Shown here: piece by piece, positions 27,861 through 43,396 of the stretch
How the letters are laid out: the number at the start of each line of letters is the position of its first letter
Position numbering within the stretch: the stretch's first letter is position 1
Origin: the human T2T-CHM13v2.0 reference genome, Homo sapiens
Assembly: GCF_009914755.1 (NCBI RefSeq)
Contig: NC_060936.1
Length of the DNA: 64,000 nt
Reading direction: 5' to 3' (one strand)
Notes under the pieces: model-generated
Seen by the model: only the letters and a program-made list of their open reading frames with translations
Databases searched by the model: none
Told to the model about the DNA's origin: nothing
Made by a program: the position numbers and the translations under genes

Positions 27861-29726
27861 TGCTGGTATTCATTCACTGAAGACTGTACTCTAGAATATT
27901 AAGTAGTAAATTGAGTCAAGTTACCATGGGTTCATTTTAAGGGAAACAATTTTTTTAATTAAAACATTTCTGTATTACAAGAACGTTCCTCCCACCTCTG
28001 TCTGTAACTCATCTGTTTTATACTGAAACAGTCTTACAATTGGAAAATCCAGACTCACCTTTCCTAGGCAGTGGCAAACTTCCTTTGTATAAAACAACTT
28101 CTCATAATCCTCTGCATAACAACTCCTTATATGCTTGGAGGCCATTCGTTGACATAAAACTCCACAAAGGAAAATTTTCATTTCATTTAACGTGTTTGTT
28201 GTTCTGCTAGGCATAATGGAAATAGGTCTACGGTCACAAGTCCCAGCATTCTGGGCCATTGCCCACAGAGGAAAACCATCACTAACTAATTAGCACCTTT
28301 GTGTGGGCCTGTGAAAGGGCTGCTGCGGTTTTTTGTTTTGTTTTGTTTTATTTCTGCTTTCATCCCTTTGGCAAACATCCCTGGAAGGCTAGTCATAAAT
28401 GCTAATGAAATTGCAATTTCTGTTGGAAGATGCAGTCCCAGAATATTTGAAAGCGCAAAAACTCTCTTTGCTGTGTGGTATATTGTCATGTATATTAATA
28501 CCCTTGTGAAACCTGCTTTTTTATATAAGTTAATATCAATTTGAAGAGCATTCATCAAAAAATAAGCAGTCTCTGACTTTTCTCACTTTTCTCATCATTA
28601 GCGGGGGAGCTCATCCTAATCACCTAGTGAGGGGAGAGTACATGGTCTTTATCCTTTGAGTTTCAAGTACCTTGGTGATAAGAACTACAGAAATATATGG
28701 CTGGATAGATGTGAACTGTCAGTCTCTCAAGAGGGATATACATATGAATACCTAAAAAATACTATACGATGATTCCAACTGACATGCTTTTTTAGAGCTT
28801 TGGCTTTGATAGGATGCAGGACCCACTAAAACCAGACAACTAAACACCAGGAACAAGCAATAGAAGAAGAGCAACATTTAATATTAATTTTCCAAGTGAG
28901 CAAGTCAATCTCCTATGTTGACCCCAAGCAAAAATGTCCAGGGTGTCAGCAGCCTGAAATGTCCACACTCATCCTAAGACCTCATTTAAGGACATATGGA
29001 GGGTAACAAATATATACCATAGTTAATAAATGACAAGAACATTGGCGGCACGCTCTCTGAAGAGTGAATTGGTCTTGCTTGTTTCTTAAATGTAACAATT
29101 CCAGCGTACTCACCAATTTTAATTTTTTTGTAGTTGTTTATTCCACACTGCCCTGTTCCCTCACCTTATCTGTGACTACACACTGGCATCTGATACTTTG
29201 CTATAGAGTTTCAGGTCTTGACAGTGTTTCCCATCACAGTGTGAGAATTTTCTATTTTCCCAGGCCCTTGAGATCAGCTCTGTCTTTTGTGAGAAGGAGG
29301 CTTTTAAAAGACAGCTGAAGTGGATAAGCGCGGCGTCTGGGCTCACCAAGGAGGAGGCTGCGCATGGGCTGCCAACCGCGGCATTAGCCTTGCTCCAGCT
29401 CAGCCCTGGAATAGCTTGTTTTGAGGAGCTTGGCTTAGGCCTATGGAAATAAAAAGACTTTTCAATTCTACCTGTCCCTGGGATGGGCCCGAGTTATCAT
29501 TCAGAGAGCACACAAGGGCCCCAGCCAATAGGAAAACCAAAAAACTCATTTTAATTGTAGCAGTCAAGTCCCACAGCACAACAGTTTTAACAAGGTCAAA
29601 CAAAACAGCTCTTCCCTTCCTAGTCCTCTGTTATTTTTGTGGTTTATTTATATATTCAGTAACAACACCATCAACAGCAATTTGAACTCTTCTCTTCTTG
29701 AGACATCGATGCCAGGGTGGACGTCT

Positions 29727-29852
29727 GAACAAGAGTTTTTGCATATCAGCCAACCAGATCGTTGTCCAGGTTAAGCAAGGAAAATGTTGTCCTGTGTGTA
29801 ATACAAGAGAAAACCATTATGCAAAATCAATATCCCTTAAATACAAATTACT
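29727..29852 (+). repeat. Local dispersed duplication 2, copy A (pairs with 31494-31620)
   Basis: 126/127-bp alignment, ~18 substitutions plus 1 gap, 38-bp identical core 29793-29830. Confidence 0.92.
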
Positions 29853-30230
29853 CTAATTAGGTTGGGACAGTGGAGGAACTGATCCATGAAGAAATAAACT
29901 AGCTTATTGCAATAATTATTTATTTTTTAAAAATAATCTTTAGTTAGGTGGTTCAAGGCATTTTGGAAACTCTTCCTTATACCCCAGAGCTGACTTCCTT
30001 TTACACTTCTGCTATCTGGGCTGCAGCAGAAGGACTAATGTTCATTAAAAAACTGTTAGAGGTAGCCTAGGAATTAGAAGCCAGCATTAATATGAGTCCA
30101 CGATGGCCCTTAAAGCATGGAGGGTGTGTGGCCTGGGGGTGTTTATTGCCTGGTTCTGTGGCAAGTGAGGCAGGGAAGGAACATTGGTATTATTTTTGGC
30201 TTAGGCTACAGAAAAAATTAACCTTAATTT

Positions 30231-30630
30231 CATCATGCTAAACATAGCCAGCAAACACAAATGCCTCTATCAGAAGTATTACTTTCTACATGATACCACT
30301 GTGGAATAAAATCTTTGTTTTGACAGAGATGTTTGTGCACGGAGCAATCTTTGAGTTTTTGCTATGGGTGAAAAGCAATCCAATATGTGTAACCAAAAAG
30401 ATGCAAAAAGATACACATAACAGAAGACCATTATTACATAGTCTTGCTCATGAAGGAAAACCTAATAAAAATGATACTGATGTTAAAGCACATATTTTAG
30501 CAGCATTTGTAACTCTGTTCTCCAATGGGAACAATAAATGTGCTTTTAGCTGGAGCCATAACTTGCTCAAACATTTAAAGTTCTCCCAAATCCAAAGGGA
30601 AATAATGCACGATAGCTCCTTGGCATAATG
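30231..30630. mobile_element. MER121-like ancient conserved repeat (tentative name)
   Basis: ~400 bp bounded by imperfect inverted ends catcatgctaa / ttggcataatg; internal aataaatgtgcttttagctggagccataacttgctcaaacatttaaag resembles my recollection of MER121. Confidence 0.5.
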
Positions 30631-30817
30631 GTTCGGTTGATAAAATGAAATGTTAGCCTGACTATAGATTGTGAACGTAGAAAGTAGAAAAAGCATGGAT
30701 ATGAAAAGGGCCAGGTATTTCATCTTGGCCCTGAATAGCATAAGAAGAACAAGAGAGAGAGACAGGAGACTGGAGGAAGGCTAAATGCTGTAGGCACATA
30801 TGTATTCTGGAAGGTAG

Positions 30818-31340
30818 TATGATAAGCAGCTTCTGAAATGGTCCTTCTCTGTCCCTACCTCCTGGTTTTCACATCCTTGTGTAATTTCCTCCCCTTAGGT
30901 ATAGTGGCTCAATTCTAATGAATATAATATGGCAGGAAAGACAGAATGTTACTTCCAAGATTGGTTAACAAAGAGGCAGTAACTTCTGTCTTGCTTGCAC
31001 TCTCTCTGGTATTTCCTGCATGCTTTGATGAAGCCAGCTTCCATGTTGAGAGCTGCCTATGGAGAGGCTTGGGTGACAAGAAATTAGAGTGGCCTCCAGC
31101 CAACAGCCAAGGAGTGACTGGATGCTGCCAACACCACAGGAGTGAGCTTGGAAGCAGCTCTTTCCCCAGTAGAGAGTCTTGAGATGAGTACAACTCAGGC
31201 TGACACTTTGGTTGCTGCCTGTGAGAGATCCTGAGCCAGAGGACCCAGCTAAGCCACACCAGAATTCCTGGCTCACAGACACGGTGAGATAATATGTGCA
31301 GTTGTCCAAAGTCATTAAGTTTTGGGGTACATTTTTTACC
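30818..31340 (+). mobile_element. MLT1F-like MaLR solo LTR
   Basis: gcagcttctgaaatgg...ccttgtgtaatttcctcccc...ggacccagctaagcc...aagttttgggg...atagataatgaatac. Confidence 0.8.
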
Positions 31341-31493
31341 CAAATATAGATAATGAATACCGTGGAAAACTGAAAATTCTATCAAATCATGCATCATTTC
31401 TGGAATGGCTCAAGCCTCAATATTTCTCTTTTTAAAGGATGAAAGCAGCAACCACAACAATCTTGTCTATGGCTGGGCACACAGACAAGACAA

Positions 31494-31620
31494 GAGCAAG
31501 AGTTTCTGCACATTAGCCAACCGGAATTTTGTCCAGGTTACGTAAACAGAATGTTGTCATGTGTGTAATACAAGAGAAAACCATTATGCAAAATCAACAT
31601 ATCCTTAAACGCAAATTACT
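31494..31620 (+). repeat. Local dispersed duplication 2, copy B
   Basis: Identical core 31560-31597; see 29727-29852. Confidence 0.92.
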
Positions 31621-31949
31621 GGGCAGGAGTGGATGAGAAAGTTAGAGAAAAATGCAAGCAAGAGATGATAACCCAAAGTTTGCAGAAAAATCTAGACTAC
31701 AGAAACATAGAGGAAGCAATAGCGAAGATGCCTCTCCTCTTAGAATAATAGTCCTGAAAGAAAAGCCAACATGCATGTTGCTAATTGGCCTCTGCTACCT
31801 GGTAATCAGCAATTGTCAACTGAAAGACTATCATCTCAGGAGAGGGTAAGCCAGGAGAGGTGTGGAGGGCAGGGAATCTGGCTGGAAGGTTAGGACAGAG
31901 TGTAGCAATAAAAGCAATATGCCACATCTGAGGCTACTGTTAGTATAGA

Positions 31950-32153
31950 ACGGTGTTCAGAAACGTTTTGCTTTCAAGAAACAGATATTAAATATTTTAA
32001 GTTTTGTGGGACATATGGTCTCTGCTGTTGTAGTGTAAAAGCAGACAAAGACAACACAAAAGTGAATGAGCATGTCTGAGTTCCTATAAGACAACTTGCA
32101 AGAGTAGGCTGCAGGCCAGATTTGGCCCACAAGCCATAGTTTGCCAATCCCTG
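31950..32153 (+). mobile_element. MER58A hAT MITE
   Basis: cagatattaaatattttaag...ggccagatttggcccacaagccatagtttgccaatccctg. Confidence 0.8.
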
Positions 32154-33039
32154 ATATAGAACAAGGTATTCTACAGGTATAATAAATCCAAAAAGTGGAA
32201 TTGAGGCCAGGGCCAGCATATCCAAGCCAACCAAGTAGGTATAGGTAAGGTGAAGAGTTCAGAATCAAGATCAGTAGGATGGCCCAGGCAGCTACTGTGT
32301 CTGATCTTTGGTAGAACTCCTTGGTCAGAGTTCAGACAGGCCAAGAAAAGATGGGTGAGGATGAAGACCAGAGAGAATCTGGAGCTGAATACATAAAGAG
32401 CTGGTAAGAAGGAGAAAAGACTAACTTGGGTTCAAAGAGAAAACAGCATATGAACAAGCAAACTGCTAAGCTTATGTTAAGTACCCTTCTTTATGGACAG
32501 ATAGGGACAGGATATTGGCTAGATGCTGCCTCCAAGCAAAATGGCGCTTGTACAGAAATGTGCAGCCTGCCCATTCTATAACAAGCAGCAGTTTCTTGTA
32601 CATCTTCATTTATCTCAACCCTGGAGTTCAGCCCCCTCACCAAAAGTGCATTTTTTTATACTCCACATGGGTAATTTGTTTCTACATTTCTTCATATAAT
32701 TCAAAAGAGCAGTTTGATTTGGGACACTCCCTTTAGACTCAGAGAATAAGACTGTAATTCATCTTTTATGCATTTCTGTCTTGCATGCCAAATGAAATTC
32801 AAATTGTCATTCTTTGTTCTGAACTAAACACCATCTTGAAATTGTTTATTCTTATTGTTTAAAATAATTCTGATTCTAGATGGCTCTTCTATCTTGGGAG
32901 AACAACACACATTTAAAAAATTAAAAGATTAGTTTTCCCATTAAAATATCTTTCTTTTAGGCAGAACATTGCTTTGTCAAAAATTGGGATGTCTCAATAC
33001 TTTCTATAATATATTTTTTTCAGAGAATGCTGGATGGGA

Positions 33040-33610
33040 TATTAGGTGATTGTCCAAAATCAGAGTCCTAGTTCCAACTCTGCTGCTTATTAGCCCGTGT
33101 AATCTTGGGAAAGTTATCTAAATTCATTTTGCTTTATTTCACTTTATTGTTTTTCTCTCTCATCTTTAGAGAGGAAAAGAGATACTCATTCCTGCTCTGG
33201 CTTCCTAGTAAGATTTTGGAAGAATCTGATGAGTTAATATATGTCAACATATGCTATAAATTATAAAACTTTATAAAAATGGTAGGTATTGTTATTCATC
33301 AAGCATTTATTTGATCTTATTTTATACCAGGTACTGTGCAATGGACAAGGGTTACAAAAATGAGTAAGAACTGTCTCTTCCTTCCAAATATTAATTATAT
33401 CAAAGAGTTAATAATTATATTAGCTAACTTTTTATAGCACTCACAGTGTTCTAAGCATTCTCTCTATATATTTTATTTAATCTTTACAGTATAAATGAGG
33501 ACAATTACTCCCATTTTAAGATGAGAATATTGTCACAAAGGTTGAGGGGAAATTAGAAAATTTTCCCAAGCTTATACAAGTTAATAAATAGCAGAGTTGG
33601 AACTAGGACT
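33040..33610. mobile_element. MIR fragments (forward ~33040-33290, reverse ~33420-33610)
   Basis: MIR core motifs in both orientations. Confidence 0.55.
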
Positions 33611-34334
33611 CTGATATTGCAATCACCTAGCATTCCATGTAGCATAATCTAAAAAACAAAATCATAGAAAGCATTGAAATATTTCAATTTTTAACAAAGC
33701 AGTGTTCTGCCTAAAACAAAAATATTTTAATGGGAAAGCTAATCTTTTGATTTCTTAAATGTGTATTGTTCTCCCAAGATAGAAGGACCATCTAGAATCA
33801 GAATCATTTTAAACAAGAAGAATAAACATTTCTTAAGATTAAGAATTATTTGAGGTTAAGTCCCCAAGTGACACATCTAGTAAATGGCTGGGCCGGGATT
33901 CCAACCTAGGATGTTTGATTCTACCAAATATTTGCTTCACTATTATGCTGTATTGAATATTAGGTCTATGAATATTTAAGTGGAAGTAGTAAGAAGGTCA
34001 TTACTGATTTCAGGAAGTAAATAATCTAAAACAAATGAAAGTAGAGATGGCCAGAAGGAATAAGTATTTTCCTAAGGGTGTCTCATGGAAACAAGTCCCC
34101 TAAGTCTGGCTATGTGAAAAAAAATAATTACGTGGGCAGATGTTTGCAAAACATCCTGATTCTCCTCAGAGAGTTACGACGTATGTTAGCCTGGTAAAAT
34201 CCTGCTTAGAAGTTCTGCAGAAAACAAATCTCTCTCACTTTGTTTGGCCCAGTGTTTTCCACAGGTATTGTCCTAGGGATCTTTTTCACTAATGCTGTTA
34301 ACTGAGCTCTGTTGAACATAGTGTCTCTCTCAAA

Positions 34335-34857
34335 TAGCGGTCCCCAACTTTTTTAGCACCAGGGACTGATTTCATGGAAGACGATTTTTTCACAGACTCT
34401 TGGGGAGGGATGGTTTCGGGATGATTCAAGGGCATTGCATTTACTATGCACTTTATTTCTATTAATATAACATTGTAATATATAATAAATAAAACAACTC
34501 ACCATAACATAGAATCAGTGGGAGCCCTGAGCTTGTTTTCCTGCAACTACATGGTTTCATCTGGAGGTGATGGGAGACAGTGACAGATCATCAGGCATTA
34601 GATTCTCATAAGAAGCACACAACCCAGATCCCTCACCTGCACAGTTCACAATAAAATTTGCACTTCTATGAGACTCTAATTCTGCCATTGATCTGACAGG
34701 AGGTGGAGCTCCAGTGGTAATGGGAGCAATAAAGAGTGGCTGTAAATACAGAAGAAGCTTTGCTCACTCACCCACTGCTCACCTCCTGCTGTGCAGCTCA
34801 GTTCTTAACAGACTGCCAACTGGTACTTGTCTGTGGCCCAGGGGTTGGGGATCCCTG
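34335..34857 (+). mobile_element. MER1A hAT-Charlie element
   Basis: TIRs tagcggtccccaac / gttggggatccctg; degenerate 8-bp TSD ctctcaaa/ccctaaaa; appears nested in an older hAT MITE. Confidence 0.85.
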
Positions 34858-35830
34858 CCCTAAAACACTGGTGCAGAATTTTGAAGAGACTTGGCATGGA
34901 GGAGGATAGTAAGTTGAAATAGCTAAATAGGAGAGACAAAAGGCTCTCACCAGGGGCAAAGTAAAGAATTGCTGAAGAGCTTGTGAGTGCCGCTGGTCTT
35001 GAAAACCATCTATCCATTGATGATCGTGCCAGTTGGCACCACTATGGCATTATCTGTAGCTGTGCTTAATAGTTGGAGAAAAATGGTGGAGAAGAGTGGT
35101 AGAGGAAGTGGAAATTTGAATTGATCCAGGACTGGGGACTGGAAAAGCAGATGAAGTAAAAGATGAGAAGAAAATGAATTTACTAATATTTAAGAAGGAA
35201 AAGTAAAAAATGATGTTATTTTCTTCCACAGCCTATAATCTTTAATGTATTATGTGAAATGTAATGTATTGCCCTCAGAAATGTTATTGTATATGTAATT
35301 TGACAAAACAGAGAAACATCTTTTCTCAATTTTAAGGGAAAGATCACCCTCTCCCTTTGTGACCTTGGTGTCCCTTACACATTCCATTAGGGATGTGGCC
35401 AAGACTTCCAAAGCACTAATGCTCCAACACCTCTGCCATTATTCTCTACACTTACAGTGAATTCAGGGGTTTCATACCTAGGGAACCTCTGAATATCACA
35501 GATATACCCGAGGGACATGTCAGAAGCTGGGATAACAGAAAGCTAGACTGGATGTGGAGAGGTTCCAGTTTGGCTTCCTGTTATCTCAGCTTCTGTGGCT
35601 GAGCAGATGACCTTAATCCATCATGACTAATGCACAGAAGCTGCCTAAGGAAGGCGATTCACATAGCAACTGAGAAATGTTTGAGTATGGATGTCTTGAA
35701 AGAGAGAAAGGAGTGGGTAGAGCTCAGAAAGCAATGGTAGGGCCTGCTTCTCCCAATTGCTACTCCCAGAGGAAGAATGCCTTCTAGCATCAGGTCTTGG
35801 TCCATTTAGTGAGCACACTTCTTCCTAGAG

Positions 35831-36301
35831 CTGTGGTTCTTAAACACGTGGGTTATAGGATTTCTTTACATTCTTAAAAATTATTAAGGTCCCCAAAGAG
35901 CTTTTGTTTATGTGGGTTACACCTATTGATACTTATCACATTTAAAATGAAAAATGGATACATTTAGAATATTTATTAATTTATTGAAAAATAGAAAATA
36001 GCAAACCCACTGTATGTTAACAGAAATAATACATTTCTGTAAAAAAGTATATTTTCCAAAGTAAAAAATTTCTAGTGAGAAATGTATTATGTTTTTGCAT
36101 TTTTGCAAAACTCTTTAATCATTGGCTTGATAAGAGACAGTTGGATTCTCCTATCTTCTTCCATTCATTTTGCCACGATTTGTTATTTTGGTTGAAGAAA
36201 ACCTTGCCTGACACAGGCACATCATTGGAAAAGGGAGGGGCATGTAATTGCTTTTTCAGACAATGATGGATATTGTTTTATGATACTATACCGAAACTTA
36301 A
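35831..36301 (+). mobile_element. Charlie1-like hAT transposon, left part (split by L1)
   Basis: ctgtggttcttaaa...ttacattcttaaaaattattaaggtccccaaagagcttttgtttatgtggg. Confidence 0.7.
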
Positions 36302-36534
36302 AAAGTAGTAGTTTCTTTTTTTTTTTATTATTATACTTTAGGTTTTAGGGTACATGTGCACATTGTGCAGGTTAGCTACATATGTATACGTGTGCCATGC
36401 TGGTGTGCTGCACCCACTAAATCATCATCTAGCATTAGGTATATCTCCCAATGCTATCCCTCCCCCCTCACCCCACCCCACCACAGTCCCCAGAGTGTGA
36501 TATTCCCCTTCCTGTGTCCATGTGATCTCATTGT

Positions 36535-40391
<3,857 letters not shown>

Positions 40392-40430
40392 TCATTAGTT
40401 AATGCAGTTTCTTCCTAGTCTCGATGGTCT

Positions 40431-41447
40431 TTACATTTTGGCATGATTTTGCAGCAGCTGGTACCAGTTTTTCCTTTCCATGTTTAGCGCTTCCTTCAGG
40501 AGCTCTTTTAGGGCAGGCCTGGTGGTGACAAAATCTCTCAGCATTTGCTTGTCTGTAAAGGATTTTATTTCTCCTTCACTTATGAAGCTTAGTTTGGCTG
40601 GATGTGAAATTCTGGGTTGAAAATTCTTTTCTTTAAGAATGTTGAATATTGGCCCCCACTCTCTTCTGGCTTGTAGGGTTTCTGCCCAGAGATCCGCTGT
40701 TAGTCTGATGGGCTTCCCTTTGTGGGTAACCCGACCTTTCTCTCTTGCTGCCCTTAACATTTTTTCCTTCATTTCAACTTTGGTGAATCTGACAATTATG
40801 TGTCTTGGAGTTGCTCTTCTCGAGGAGTATCTTTGTGTCATTCTCTGTATTTCCTGAATCTGAACATTGGCCTGCCTTGCTAGATTGGGGAAGTTCTCCT
40901 GGATAATATCCTGCAGAGTGTTTTCCAACTTGGTTCCATTCTCCCCATCACTTTCAGGTACACCAATCAGACGTAGATTTGGTCTTTTCACATAGTCCCA
41001 TATTTCTTGGAGGCTTTGCTCATTTCTTTTTATTCTTTTTTCTCTAAACTTCCCTTCTCGCTTCATTTCATTCATTTCATCTTCCATTGCTGATACCCTT
41101 TCTTCCAGTTGATCGCATCAGCTCCTGAGGCTTCTGCATTCTTCACGTAGTTCTCGAGCCTTGGTTTTCAGCTCCATCAGCTCCTTTAAGCACTTCTCTG
41201 TATTGGTTATTCTAGTTATACATTCTTCTAAATTTTTTTCAAAGTTTTTAACTTCTTTGCCTTTGGTTTGAATGTCCTCCCGTAGCTCAGAGTAATTTGA
41301 TCGTCTGAAGCCTTCTTCTCTCAGCTCGTCAAAGTCATTCTCCATCCAGCTTTGTTCCATTGCTGGTGAGGAACTGCGTTCCTTTGGAGGAGGAGAGGCG
41401 CTCTGCGTTTTAGAGTTTCCAGTTTTTCTGTTCTGTTTTTTCCCCAT
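40431..41447 (-). pseudogene. L1 ORF1 (p40 RNA chaperone), single nonsense codon
   Basis: MGKKQNRKTGNSK... in-frame TGA at 41118-41120 (CGA>TGA), continues to ...QNHAKM. Confidence 0.96.
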
Positions 41448-42351
41448 CTTTGTGGTTTTGTCTACTTTTGGTCTTTGATGATGGTGATGTACAGATGGGT
41501 TTTTGGTGTGGATGTCCTTTCTGTTTGTTAGTTTTCCTTCTAACAGACAGGACCCTCAGCTGCAGGTCTGTTGGAATACCCTGCCGTGTGAGGTGTCAGT
41601 GTGCCCCTGCTGGGGAGTGCCTCCCAGTTAGGCTGCTCGGGGGTCAGCGGTCAGGGACCTACTTGAGGAGGCAGTCTGCCCGTTCCCAGATCTCCAGCTG
41701 CATGCTGGGAGAACCACTGCTCTCTTCAAAGCTGTCAGACAGGGACATTTAAGTCTGCAGAGGTTACTGCTGTCTTTTTGTTTGTCTGTGCCCTGCCCCC
41801 AGAGGTGGAGCCTACAGAGGCACGCAGGCCTCCTTGAGCTGTGGTGGGCTCCACCCAGTTCGAGCTTCCCGGCTGCTTTGTTTACCTAAGCAAGCCTAGG
41901 CAATCGCAGGCGCCCCTCCCCCAGCCTTGCTGCCGCCTTGCAGTTTGATCTCAGACTGCTGTGCTAGCGATCAGTGAGACTCCGTGGGCGTAGGACCCTC
42001 CGAGCTAGGTGCGGGATATAATCTCGTGGTGTGCCGTTTTTTAAGCCGGTCCGAAAAGCGCAATATTCGGGTGGGAGTGACCCGATTTTCCAGGTGCATC
42101 TGTCACCTCTTTCTTTGACTCGGAAAGGGAACTCCCTGACCCCTTGCGCTTCCCAAGTGAGGCAATGCCTCGCCCTGCTTTGGCTCGTGCACGGTGCATG
42201 CAACCACTGACTTGTGCCCACTGTCTGGCACTCCCTAGTGAGATGAACCCGGTACCTCAGATGGAAATGCAGAAATCACCCATCTTCTGTGTCTCTCATG
42301 CTGGGAGCTGTAGACTGGAGCTGTTCCTATTCGGCCATCTTGGCTCCTCCC
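41448..42351 (-). promoter_or_regulatory. L1 5'UTR internal sense and antisense promoter; YY1 site intact
   Basis: CpG-rich 5'UTR; ggccatcttg at 42333-42342 (CAAGATGGCC on minus). Activity unknown. Confidence 0.7.
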
Positions 42352-42367
42352 AAAGTAGTAGTTTCTT

Positions 42368-43396
42368 AATGGTTAGTTGTCATGTAGAAACTGAAACCAT
42401 ATCAGTAAACTCTTCAGGCTCTGTTATATTAAATTCATCTGCTTGTCTTGTATTTTAATCAGTCTTTTATCCATGCAAAACTGTAATATCATGCATTTGC
42501 CTTTTGGAAAATATTGAAAATATTGGTTCACTGAGATATGCAGATCTTCCAAATGTTGATACATTTTATTATGCAACATAAAATATTATATTTACTAATA
42601 TCACCTTCATCTTGTCAGAAAAGTCTTTAAGATTTGGAAAGCTGTCAGTCTTATGGTGGTCAATACAAGTTTTCCAAATTTCTAATTTTTGCTTGAAAGC
42701 TCAAATATTATCATTGACAACAGATACTGTCAGTGTTTTTCTCAAAATGACAGATTCACTTAGGACGACCAACCACCCTATTCACCCAAGACTAAGGGGC
42801 TCCTGGGGAAATGCTAGAGTTTCAATGCTAAAACTGAGAAAGTCCTTAGAGGCATTAATTTTTTAGAAAATATCCATTGAATACCCAAGTCAGAATAACT
42901 GTAATTCATCTGTCAGTCATTCTTTTAAGTAAAAATGGTATTCTATGACAAAAGTAACTAGTTCAGCTGGCAACTCCAATAATCACACGAGTGCTTCTCC
43001 CCCCGATAACTCCTCAGCATGCAGCAGTTTTGCTCTGTAGGTGTTTCTAATTTAGTCACAAAGTGTCCTAAAAGGACAAGGCAACTCAAGGGCCAATGTT
43101 TAATAAAGAGATTAATTTTTGTTGCTTCATCAAAGGAATTCTTAAATAAAACTGGTTTTTAAAAAATGTAAATGTGGGGCTGTGAAGAATATCATAGCTA
43201 CCAGTAGTTTGGTGCCACTGTCTTGATTTGTGCTAAGTTTGACCCACCATTGGTTTTGCTTTTACATTATTGGAGCAAATGCCAACACAGCTTAAGAAAA
43301 AAAGGTGAATAATGCTTTACTGTATTATGAAAATAGTTTTAACCTCATGTACTCACTATCCCAAAGGGTCTATGAATCATACTTTGGAGGCCCTAT
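42368..43396 (+). mobile_element. Charlie1-like hAT transposon, right part
   Basis: Resumes after the L1 TSD (aatggttagttg...gaaactgaaaccatatcag); ends gaaaatagttttaacctc...catactttggagg. Confidence 0.7.
42761..42845 (+). mobile_element. MER81-like MITE fragment nested in Charlie1
   Basis: taggacgaccaacc...gactaagggg...tttcaatgctaaaactgagaaagtcc. Confidence 0.55.
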
